Assembly: GCF_964194155.1 (NCBI RefSeq)
Contig: NC_135901.1
Span: 21,142,001-21,206,000 of the forward strand
Length of the DNA stretch: 64,000 nucleotides
Source: Cetorhinus maximus
Lineage: Eukaryota
Reading direction: 5' to 3'
The notes beneath the pieces are model-generated. The model searched no databases and was not told the origin of the DNA. It was given only the letters and a program-made list of their open reading frames with translations. Position 1 is the stretch's first letter, and each line of letters opens with the position of its first letter. The position numbers were made by a program, and so were the translations under genes. Shown here piece after piece: positions 1-11,011 of the stretch.

Positions 1-82
1 AGATACATCAGTCATGAATCAACTCATCCACAAAAAAGAATTCAATTCAAAAGGAAGCTTGGTACAAGGTTGGAATCCCACT

Positions 83-517
83 TTAGATATCATCAATGTC
101 CTCATCATCGTCCCCAATATCGTCAAACTGGATTTCATCATCATCACTAGGTCCAAAGGTGTCTGTTTCATTGATTTTGGCATGCTCTGGAAGTTCACCT
201 TAGGCTTTTAAACTTCTTGCCTCATCCGCATTATATTTCAGGATGACATCAGCCTTATTATCCTGATAATCTCTCAACCCAACCAATATAATGTCTGACG
301 TGTTTATCCAAACCTTCTTTCTCAGCTTCCCTCGAATATGGCAAAGCCTCTTCACACCATCAAAACACATGGCTTCCAAACGTCCATTGCCCAGCATCTT
401 AATCACCTGGGCATATTCCTGACCATCTTCTTTAAACACCAGCTCACGTTTCTCGGACTCATTTTCATTCTTACCACGTCGCCTGTTCTTACCTCCCTTA
501 CCTTTATTCTTGGGCAT
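83..517 (-). pseudogene. EIF1AX: Processed (intronless) pseudogene of translation initiation factor eIF1A
   Basis: ATG at 517-515 reads [37 protein letters not shown]... In-frame TAA at 202-200 replaces Tyr106. The frame resumes [38 protein letters not shown] to TAA at 85-83. Total 435 nt = 144 codons plus stop, the canonical eIF1A length, with no introns. Confidence 0.95.
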
Positions 518-1019
518 AGCTCTACGTGTGTCCGCGGCCTCCGGCTGCTCCTGTTCACCGCACACCGCACTTTCCCTAGAAAGGCTGCATTTATTTGTGC
601 TACAACACCAGGGGAAGTACTTCCTGCATCAACACAAAGACAGTGTGAGTCGTGGAAAGCGAGAGTCGCTTTTAAGTGCAGCTGGTGTCTTATATCTCAT
701 TTTACCATTTGCTGCTGGACTGACATTCTAAATTAAGTTTTGAAATACAAGCTGAAATCTGGTATCAGGGAGTAAATTAAAACACAATCATGTTAGGATT
801 GACTGTTCCCCAAAATCCTGTCAGTCAAATTCTCATCAGAAATACATCAGGGGATTGTATTTTAATAGGTCTTTTCACAGATGCCATAAAATGACTTATT
901 TTTAAATAAATATGAACATAGTCTTCAGTAAATAAATAATAAATAACGATATTTAATAAAACAACCACCCAATGTAGGGTTCGACACTCTGACTCTGGGT
1001 TTCTGATCTCCATTAACCA

Positions 1020-1500
1020 CTAACTGAGCGGCCGCTTTGCGGATCCACAAAGTGTTTCCAAATCCTCTCCGTCCAGCCACCGGCTCCATCGCTCCCTCCC
1101 CCCAGGGCCTGTCACCGCGGGGTAAACACGGGGCCTGGGGCCTACCCCAGAAGTTGATCCAGTTCCCAGTCCAGCCGCGGTTTCCATTCCTACCCTGTGC
1201 TCACAATCTCCTCCCGCCTCCCGAACCGTCCGATCCTCCTCACTCTGTCACCATGACTGACACTGAGCATGCTCAGAGCGCACACCCACACTGCACCTGC
1301 GCAGTGGGAGCCGGGCTCACCGGCCGTCGCCATCTTGGGAGAGGAAAGCGAGTCTGTTCAGGGAGCCGGGCGTATGGGCGGCCATCTTAGTGAGGGAACG
1401 GGTGAATGAGGATGGGGCTTCCTCCCCGGTGACAGGCCCGGGTTACCCGGGCAACCGGCCGCCGCCATCTTGTGCTGAGGGTTTTCCATCCGGGTCTTTA
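1020..1500. promoter_or_regulatory. CpG-island promoter, probably bidirectional
   Basis: CpG-rich. Three YY1-like GCCATCTT motifs (~1329, ~1381, ~1465), NRF1-like CTGAGCATGCTCAG and TGCGCA, and a candidate minus-strand donor GTGAGC at 1204-1199. Confidence 0.7.
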
Positions 1501-1624
1501 GTGAAGGAATGGACAATAAGGTGGAGTCAGTTTGAAAACTGTTCAGAGGAAGGTCTGAAATCAGATTTACATCCAGATACCTGTAAGGACAATAAAGTTT
1601 ACATCAATTATGTGTTTAAAATGA

Positions 1625-1785
1625 AATCAGAATGCTGGAAATACTCAGTTCTGAAGAAGAATCATATTGGATTGGAAATGTTAAATCTGTTTCTCTCTCT
1701 TCAGAGAAGCTGCCAAACCTGCTGAGGATTTCCATAACTTTCTGTTTTTATTTCAGATTTCCAGCATACACCGTATTTTACTAAA
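1625..1785 (+). mobile_element. Penelope-like element 3' tail fragment
   Basis: agttctgaagaag...gaaatgttaaatctgtttctctctc...ctgctgag...tttcagatttccagca matches the repeat at 13917, 24804, 33533 and 61918. Confidence 0.6.
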
Positions 1786-2062
1786 ATTATATTTCTTTGA
1801 AATTTTGTTGCATATCTAGTTAAGAGTAAAATAATTGTTACCATTTAAATGTACAAATCAGTGATATTTATTTGTGTAACTGAGACTCGGCTGTTCAGGA
1901 ACAATGTTAGAAATCAGTTCACAGAAAATATAGTGGAAATCTGGAATTCTGTTGAGATTCAGACAATTGAAAATAAATAACACAGATTGCCGGACGTTTG
2001 TGAGGCAAGAGAGTATTAATGGTCATGGAATCAAGGCAGTTGGATGGATTTAACATAGAAAT

Positions 2063-3060
2063 CTGGTATCAGCACACTGGAGCTCAATGTCTGAGCTTGG
2101 ACTAATTCTGGGTTTTTTTTGAAGGTGCTGTAGGTTTCCCGTCTGCTCTGTAGATTATCGCCACGCCCACGGGTAATTTGCTCAAGGTGAAATGCAGAGA
2201 GGAAAATGGAGAAGAGGGTTGGTGCAATGACACAGCCTTGTCTGATCCCAGTCTTCACTGAGATACAGTCTGTGGTGGTTCTGTTGATGAGGTTCATGGC
2301 TTTCATGTCATTGTGGAGTAGGCAGAAGATGGTGGCAAATTTGAGGAGGATACGGGATAAAACGTCACAGTTTGACTGTGTAAAAGGCTTTTGTGAGGAC
2401 AGAAAAGGTCAAGTACAGCAGTTGGCGCTGTTCCTTGCAATTTTCTTGGGTTTGCCACACAGTAAGGATCATGTTTGTGGTGCCTTTTGATGGGGGAAAC
2501 CACACTGTGAACCTGGAAGGGGCTCTTTGGCCATTAAGAGGTGATTGAGGAGGATCCTTGCAATGATCTTCCCTGTGGCAGGCAGCAGGGAGACTCTTCT
2601 GTAATTACTGCAAATGGATTTATCTCCCTTCCTGAATATAGTCACAATCGCAGTGTACCAGAGATTCCCCGACATGGACTCCTCTTCACTGATGAGGGAT
2701 ATGAGGTTGTGCAGCCATGCCAGGAGTGTAACACCATCCTGTTTCAGAATTTCAGCAGGTTCATCTGCTCTCGAAGTCTTGTTGTTTTCAGCTGTTAAAT
2801 GTTTTTTCATTTTCGTGCTGGACGTGACAGCACTGAGGCTGAGCCAGACGGGTTATTGAGGAGTGGAGTTGAGGACATTCAAGTCAAAGGCAGTGTCTTG
2901 ATTGAGGAGCTCTTCAGAATATTCTATCCAGTGAGCACTGGCTGACTCTCTGTCCTTGATGAGCTCCCTCCATGTTTGGTCAGGGAGGTTGGTCCTTGAG
3001 TGCTTGGGTCCTAGATTGTCATGACAGCGCTGAGGAAACCACACATGTTGGTGTCCACGA
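2063..3060 (-). mobile_element. RTE-clade LINE ORF2, inverted 5' segment (degenerate RT)
   Basis: Minus-strand peptides KGDKSICSNYRRVSLLPATGKIIARILLNHL, SQCGF and VKTGIRQGCVIAPTLFSIFL, ending at IELQCAD (YADD homologue). Confidence 0.85.
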
Positions 3061-3084
3061 GTTGTTGGATCTCCCCACATTATC

Positions 3085-3971
3085 TTGTGGGTTTTACTAC
3101 CTACCAGCACTGCCACCCCACTCCCCACTCCGTCGCTGAAGAACAATGGTGAACCCTCGAAATATGGACCATTTTCTGTATCTTGGGAGCCTCCTCTTGA
3201 TGAAGGCAGACATAGACGACAAAATTCATCACCACCTCTAATGTTCCAGCTCAGCCTTCAGCCGAATGATGAACAGAGCATTTGAGGACCAGGATGTCAA
3301 ACCCGAGACTCAGACCCTGGCTTACCGGGCAGCTGTGATCCCCGTGCTCCTAAAGGCTTCGGAGACTTGGACAATCTACATCACGCACCTCAGAACACTG
3401 GAGAAGTCCCACCAGCGGTGCCTTCACAAGATCCTCCAAATCCAGTGGCAAGAAAGGCGGTCCAACAGCAGCGTCCTCTCCCAAGCCAACTTGCCCATCA
3501 CTGAGGCGCTAATCATTCTAAACAGGCTCTGCTGGGTGGGACATGTTGTTCGTATTCCTGACACCAGACACCCAAAGCAACTGCTGTACTCGGAACTCAA
3601 GTCACAGCAGGAGACTCTCAGGAGGTCAGCAGAAACACTTTAGTAATCTCCTTAACACACCCTTGAAGAGATCAGATATCCCCACCAACTCATGGGAGAC
3701 CCTGGATTGTGACTGGTTAAAACGGAGAAGGCTCATTTGGGAAGGCATCGAATACATTGAGAAACTTGGTCGGGAACACACAGAGGTGAAGTTGAGGCAA
3801 TTGAGAGAGTGCACAATCCTCCAAACCACCCATCTACCCAACCCTTTAGGCACTACCTGCCCTGCATGTAGCAGTGTCTGTAGATCAGGCATTGGACTTT
3901 TAAGCCATTTCAGAACCCATCAAATCAGAGTGGAAACAAGTCATCCTTGATCCAGATCGACTGCCTAAGAA
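3085..3971 (+). mobile_element. RTE-clade LINE ORF2 3' segment and 3' end
   Basis: YRAAVIPVLLKASETWTIY...HQRCLHKILQIQWQER...WVGHVVRIPDTRHPKQLLYSEL, a C-terminal CPACSSVC..GLLSHFRTH zinc finger, and an RTE-type tail ending gactgcctaagaa. Confidence 0.88.
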
Positions 3972-3974
3972 ATA

Positions 3975-4170
3975 GGCAGACATGGGAGGTGGGGCTCCCT
4001 TCCTGGTGACATGCCCAGGTTACCCAGACTACCGGTTGCCATTTGAGAGAGGAGGGCGGGCCTTGTTCAGCCAGCCGGGTGCATCCCTGGCCATCTTGGT
4101 AAGGGGACATTGGGTAATCAGGGCTTCAGGGTCCCAGTGACCAGGAGAGAAAATGATTGATTAATTGATT
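3975..4170 (+). repeat. CpG-decayed copy of the ZNF promoter/intron module
   Basis: Similar to 1405-1470 and to 20235-20320 (minus), with CG changed to TG/CA. Confidence 0.55.
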
Positions 4171-4760
4171 TTTATTCTCAGTTTGCACACAAGAGCTGGA
4201 GAACTGGACCCAGCCAGAGGAGAGGGAGGGAGAAAACTGGGAATGGAGGACAGAAACTTAACTGGAATCTGCACAGGGAAGATGGGGTGTGGGATGGGGT
4301 TTTACAGCTTTGAGGGAAAACATGTTACACAGAAACTTGAATTGTCTGTTCTGAATTTCTATCCTGGACTGACATGATGACTTTTGTGGCCTCTTTTTAC
4401 AGGGTATTGTTAGGTGAGGATTGGCAAGCAGGAAACTCAAACCAAACATAATTTCAAGATCTGAGTCTTTCGATTCATCAGGACTTGAATATCATCCGCC
4501 TTTTAATGTGAAAAGAGAAATGTTTGTCTGTTCTGTTTGTGGGAAAAGATTTCAAACATCAGTGTGACTGGAAAATCACCCAGACACACACATCCAAGTG
4601 AGAGTGTTCCAGTGCACTGACTGTGGAAAGAGCTTTAACCAGTTACACAGCCTGAAAAAACAGCACACCATTCACAGTGGGGAGAAACCATACACATCTT
4701 CTGTGTGAACGAGACTTCAACTGATCATCCAACCTGGAGAGACACAAGGACCCCAATGTC

Positions 4761-5683
4761 ATGGAGAAACCGTGTAAATGTGGAGACTGTGGGAAGGGAT
4801 TCAATTACCCATCTGACCTGGAAATTCATAAACGCATTCACACTGGGGAGAGGCCATTCATGTGTTCCGAGTGTGGGAAGGGATTCACTCAGTTATCCAG
4901 CCTACATACACACCAGAGAAATCACACTGGGGAGAGACCGTTCACTTGCTCTGAATGTGGGAAGGGATTCACTAGGTCACCCACCCTGCTGAAACACCAG
5001 TGGATTCACACTGGGGAGAGGCCATTCACCTGCTCCGAGTGTGGGAAGGGATTTACTAGTTCTTCCAGCCTACTGATACACCAGCGAGTTCACACTGGGG
5101 AGAGGCCGTTCACCTGCCACAAGTGTGGGAAGGGATTTGTCGATTCATCCACCCTGCTGAAACACCAGCCAGTTCACTCTGATGAGAGACCTTTTAAATG
5201 CCCAGATTGCAAAAAGTGCTATAAAAGTTCCAGGGAACTGATGCGCCATCAACGTGTTCACACTGACGAGAGGCCATTCAGATGCTGTCAATGTGGGACT
5301 GGGTTCATGACATCATCTGATCTCACAATACATCAGCGGGTTCACACTGGGGAAAGGCCATTCATCTGCTGTGTGTGTGGGAAGGGATTCACTCATTCAT
5401 CCAACCTCCTGAGACACCAGCGAGTTCACTCTGATACGAGAACTTTTAAATGTTCTGACTGTGAGGAGAGCTTTAAAAACAGCACTGATCTGCTGAGACA
5501 CCAACACACTCACACTGGAGAGAGGCCATTCATCTGCTCTGTGTGTGGGAAGGATTCTCTCGGGCATTCATCCTGCTGCAACACCAGCGAGTTCACACAG
5601 GGGAGAGGCCATTCACCTGCTCCATGTGTGGGAAAGGAATCATTGATTCATCCCACCTGCTGAGACTTCAACAAGTCCACTAG
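4761..5683 (+). pseudogene. Tandem C2H2 ZNF gene A: 9 intact fingers, then a frameshift (truncated gene or pseudogene)
   Basis: [14 protein letters not shown] with TGERP linkers. A 1-nt deletion near 5551 (gggaaggattc) breaks finger 10. The original frame ends TAG at 5683 and the shifted frame ends at 5663. Acceptor ttttacag|g at 4402/4403. Confidence 0.88.
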
Positions 5684-7452
5684 TGACGACTGGGTTTGTG
5701 TTGTGTCCTTATTGCTGCTGTTAATCACATCCAGGACTGAACTTATGGGTTAATCCTGAGGTGTGGAAGAAACGTGTCATAGCCGCTCTCTTCCATGGTT
5801 CAGAACTCCTAGACACAGAACAGAAGGCTCCTTCACAATTGGGTTTAGAGTCAGGAAGAACAACGGTGAATGCTGGAAATGTGCTGTCAAATCAGAGATT
5901 GGTGTAAAACTGTGATCTGTTCCTGACTGAGAGTGAAACGGCAGGTTTAAGTTTCCAGTCTGAAAATGACTGTGGTAATTATGGTACGAGGATTTAAAAT
6001 GTTTGTGTGATATTCTTGGGTCTACCAATGTAAGGCAATAACAAGAAGTTGCATTTCTACAGGGAACCTTTAACCTCTCTCACCTTCCGTTAACTTCAAT
6101 GTAATGGAAACTGACAGTTGGAACCTGTCAACATTTGAAAGATATTTACAAATGATTCAAGTGTTTCTTACAAGTTGGGATCTTCCTCTGTTCTGTCCAC
6201 TTGAGGTGTTCGATAACAAACTTTCGCCTGTGAATATCGAGCTGGAATATTGAGCTGTGATGTGTTTCCTTGTTCATCTTGTTGACTCTAAATATTGAAT
6301 TTTGTGGTTTCAGACACCAGATAATCAAGCTCACAACATCAGATTGTCTTTTCCTGACTTTATTAACAGCACTGCAATGATACAGACAGAGTAATTCCTT
6401 ACATGGTTCCGGTCCTCAATGAAGTACTTATAAATGTCATCATTTTATATACTTCAGAGCCTGTAATATAGGAATGATGGATTGGTGTGTAATTTTAATA
6501 TAAGTTTAATTCAATATTCCTTCCTCTAATATCTCGTCCACCTCTTCCCTGTTACCTACTGCATTTGTTTGCCGATTTTTGTTATTACAGATTGTCACAT
6601 ATTCCCATGTTTTTAACTAGATTATATAGTCTCTACATTTAATTTTATGAGCTTTCTTGCTGTAAGTTACAATTCAGCCTTTGAGCTGTGAATGTATTTC
6701 TTGAATAAAACACCGTTATATTGAAAAAATGTAGTTACCCGATCCAGAGAACAGATAATACAGTGGATTCAGAGCTCTCTTCTCCCCAGCTCTGATCTAA
6801 ACAGCTGCAGCTACACTGGAGATATTTATAATTAACTTGTTCACTACATCCATGATCTGACCCTGCTCAAACCATAACCACAAGGATATCTGTGCATTGT
6901 TCTGAGTGTGAGCACAAGGCTGTGTTACTATCACACACAGATACCATTTCCTTGGTTCACATCTCCATACGAAGACCAGCTCTTTACACATCCCCTTTCT
7001 TCACAATTGCAGCAATCGTGGGCAAGTATGAGAGACTCATTAATATTCTCCCACATTTCATAACAGCAAAGGTTCCACTGGGACAAAGAATTCAGGCATT
7101 TTCCATTACAGGCAAAAAACAGAGCAGTACAGGAGCACGCTAACAGTTTAACAGAGTCTCATCAGCCTGCTGGTTCCTGTTAAGTTTATGAGGATTTAAA
7201 TTTAAACCTCCTTTACAGGTGTGATGTTCAAAGGTGAGAGAGATGCTGTGGGACACACACTAACTCCAGGACCTGAAAGTGATTAATAGATTGGGTTTTG
7301 TGTTTAGTGATCCCACGTGTGTCACTGATACCTTCCCTGGATCCCAAGGCTAGGGAAAATACTCTGGAAGGTATGGGGAGCTGGGAATTGTCCTTGAGAA
7401 TAACTGAAGGTCTGAGAATTGAAATAATCTGAAGTTAGAAAGGAGAAAAGGT

Positions 7453-8878
7453 TCAGTCCTGCTCATGGTCCTCAGCAGCAACAACACAATCCAACTTTGT
7501 CAGTGACATGTGAAGTTGCTGGTGTTTCAGCTGGCTGAATGAGCGAGTAAATCTCTTCTCACACACGGAGCAGGTGAGCAGCCTCTTCCTGGTGTGAACT
7601 CGCTCGTGTCTCAGATCAAATGACTGAGCAAATTTCTTCCCACACACGGAGCAGGTGAACGGACTCTCCCCAGTGTGGATGCGTTGGTGTCTCTGGAGGA
7701 TGGACGACTCAGTGAAACATTTCCCACACACGGAGCACATGAACGCCCTCTCCCCGGTGTGAACAGGCTGGTGTCTCAGCAGGTGGTGTAAACAAGTAAA
7801 TCCCCTCCCGCACACGGGGAAAATGTACGGCCTCTCCCCGTTGTGAATGCGCTCGTGTATCAAAACGTGGCTCAACCGAGGGAAGCTCTTCCTACACACG
7901 AAGCAGATGAACGGTCTCTCCCCGGTGTGAACTCTCTTGTGTGTGAGCAGGGTGGATGACTGAGTGAATCTCTTCCCACACAGAGCAAGGGAATGGTCTC
8001 TCCCCAGCGTGAATTCGCTTGTGCATTGAAAGCTGGGTTGAACGAGTGAATCCCTTCCCACACTCGGAGCAGCTGAACGGTCTCTCCCCAGAGTGAAATC
8101 GCTTGTGTATCATAAGATCAGATGACCGACTGTATCCCTTCCCACACAAGGAGCAGGTGAATGGTCTCTCTCCAGTGTGAACTCGCTTATGTATCATAAG
8201 GTGGAATGAATGAGTGAATCTCTTCCCACACACCGAGCAGGGGAACGGCCTTTCCCCAGTGTGAATGCACTGGTGTCTCAGCAGATTAATGCTTCTTTTA
8301 AAGGTCTTCTCACATTCAGTACATTTAAAAGGTCTCTTTTCCAAGTGAACCAATTGGTGCTCAGTGTAATGGGAGGACTGAGTGAATCTCTTCCCATACT
8401 GGGAGCAGCTGAACGGCCTGTCCTTGGTGTGAACTGGCTGGTGCTCAGTGAGATGCACTGACTCGCTGAACGACTCCCCACAGTAAGAGCAGCTGAACGG
8501 CCTCTTGTCAGTGTGAACTCGCTGGTGTTGGACCAGTTCCTCAGAGGTTTCAAAGCTTTTCTCAGAGTCAGAGCATTGAAGAGGATGCTCATCAATGTAA
8601 TCGAGCTGGTGCGCCAGCAGGTTGAATGAACACATGAATTTCTTCCCACACATGGAGCAGGTGAACGGTCTCTCGCTATTGTGAGTTCGCTGTCGTGTCA
8701 GCATGTTTACCAGCTGTATCAATCCCTTCACACAGGAGCAGGTGAACGGCCTCTCACCAGTTTCCAGCTGAGATGGTCAATTAAATCCCTTCAGATCCCG
8801 ATGAATTGAGTGACTTTCAGATTTTGACATGAGGTTTGGTTTGTTTTTCCTGACTGCAAATCCTCCTCTTCTAACACC
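7453..8878 (-). pseudogene. Tandem C2H2 ZNF gene B, about 15 fingers, degenerate
   Basis: ORFs 7892-8731 and 7453-8061 join across a TG-dinucleotide slip near 7980. Several fingers have lost Cys/His (CSDSEK, CSQYGK, IFPVC). Acceptor cttacag near 8879. Confidence 0.88.
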
Positions 8879-9191
8879 CTGTAAGATACGTTTACAATGA
8901 ATTACACATAATATACATTAAACAAACAGGTCATTTGGCCCATCCGGTCGCTGCGAGAGTTTCCAATCCACACGAGTCTCCTGCTGTTATGCCAACCTCA
9001 TCTCAGCCTTTGAGCATATCTTTTGAATCCCTTTTCTCTCATGTTCTCACCTAGTTTCCTTTTGAAAGCATCTTAAGTTATTTGTGTCAACCACTTCCAG
9101 TAGTAGTGAGTTTCATATTTTAACTACTGTCTGAGGAAAAAAAGATCTCCTATTTCCCTGTTGGATTTATTAGTCTATATGGTGTTTTCAG

Positions 9192-9665
9192 GAGGTTGTG
9201 GTGCAGTGGAAGTGCCCCTGCCTCTGAGCCTGAAGCTCCAGGTTCAAGTCCCACCCCAGGACTTGATGGCTAACGAAGGTGCGTTTATTATTCAGCCAAA
9301 CAGATTGAGTATCAACCTGTAAATCCTGCCGACATATACTAATGGCAGACAATAACAATGGGAGAGATTTCTGGTCATCCACATGAGCTGGAAAGAAACT
9401 GGAACCTCTCCCATCACTATCCATAGCTCCAGGTTACAACATGCATGTAGAAGTGTCTGTTGCACAACAACATGGATTCCATGGGCAGCTGGTTGGCTGG
9501 ATGACCGGTGTGGATCCGATTGGTGCCAACTGCACAGGATTAAATCCCCATTCCGGCTGGGGTGGATTCTGGACCTGCCTCCTTCCCCGACCCGTGTGGT
9601 GATTGTGAGGCTGTCAGTCAGAGCTGCCTTTGGGCAGAGAGCTGAAGAAGGCTCCCAGTATTGGA
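9192..9665 (+). mobile_element. tRNA-derived SINE
   Basis: A-box-like tggtgcagtgg and B-box ggttcaagtcc at 9198-9251. A second degenerate tRNA-like head lies near 9490-9560. Confidence 0.6.
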
Positions 9666-9839
9666 TAGGCCACCCCATTCACAATTTTAAAAACCTATAT
9701 CAAAAGAGATGAACCTCATTTTTGGTTTGAGTTTGCTGTGTGTAAATCCTCCCCTTCTAACCCCCTGTAAAAGGAGTTTCTAAATCCATCCCTGTCAGTC
9801 CAGGATAGAAATGCACAGCATTCTCTCCGGCTGACAGGG

Positions 9840-10475
9840 ACACGGATGACCGCGCATGCGCCCTGCTGAATATTGACCTTATTAAGATGGCGGCCGTTAA
9901 CTCGGGCCTGTGACCGAGGAACAATCGCTATTTTTCGCGGTCACAGGCCCGAGTTAACGGCCGCCATCTTAATAAGGTCAATATTCAGCAGGGCGCATGC
10001 GGGAGCTTCTTATCTGGGATTTGAGGCCTCCATCCTGGGTGTGTGAAGGGTTGGCACAAACCCACCGGCTCCATTACTATTCCGCACTCGGCCGTTTCTC
10101 ACCCACTTTACATTTGACACGACTGCCTGTTTGTTACTGTGGAGAAGGCGGGTTTGGGGCCTACACTTTCCCTCCGGCTCCATCCCTCCCGCAGTTTCTC
10201 ACGGGCTTCCACATGACCCGTTCATATGTGTACTGCGCATGCTCCAGATCACAATGCCCGGCTGATTGACGGCAGCTCAGGACCAATAAGACGAGGGGGC
10301 GGAGTTGGAGGACCCGGCAGCAGCTGCATCATTTTGGAAGCTGATTTGTCTCAAACTCCAGGAGAAAACTGGACCTTTCTGTTTGTGGCTTTAAACAGAT
10401 GAAACCCTGTGGGTGCGGAGTAAACATTTCAACATTTGTCAGTGAAATGGGTTCATTCAGGGCAGACAGCAGGGA
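9840..10475 (-). promoter_or_regulatory. ZNF promoter module for gene B
   Basis: NRF1-like GCGCATGCG, YY1-like AAGATGGCGG, CCAAT (~10283) and GC box GGGGCGGAG. Paralogous to 20500-21010 and 61190-61735. Confidence 0.75.
9853..10001. repeat. Perfect inverted repeat, 64-bp arms with a 21-nt spacer
   Basis: 9853-9916 is the exact reverse complement of 9938-10001 (checked base by base). Confidence 0.97.
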
Positions 10476-11011
10476 TTATTTCAGGAATTTACAGTTTAGT
10501 GATTGAGCTGTTGCGCCCGCAGTGCACTGTTCTGAACCGCTTGTCTGGGATCTTTCCTCTTAATTCACTGATTCCCAGTTGAAGGTGTATCTGCAATAAA
10601 TTAGTTAACTTTGGATATCAATCCAACGTCAATGCCATCCTCAGAACGGGGAAAGTCCATGGTTAAATAAATGAACTAACACTCAAATCACTTGATGGGA
10701 TTCTAAGATGCACATCATCTGCTCAGATAGAGGAAGGTGCATTGCAGCTAATGAAAAGCAGCAATCACACTCACAGACACCATACACACACTCTCAATCT
10801 CATCAAAATATCTCCTGTTGTCTTATTGGTTCATGTCTTTTCGAAGAAAATCCTGAGTGAGCCGTAAAAATCTCAAATGCTTGTCAAGCTTCCCCTGAAA
10901 GACATCTGTACTATACACTTTACCCTTTCCCTGTGGTAATGAGTTCCACATTCTCACCACTCTCTGGGTGAAGATGTTTCTTCTGAATTCCCTGTTGGAT
11001 TTCTTGGTGAC

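Noticed and set aside
4565-4724. Selenocysteine or programmed readthrough at the conserved leader TGAs
   Set aside because: G and I have TAA at the homologous site, D has CGA (so CpG decay explains TGA), and the leaders contain frameshifts.
5724-5738. Resemblance of the 3' motif ATCACATCCAGG to the 5' end of miR-23
   Set aside because: Short same-sense match with no precursor hairpin; likely coincidence.
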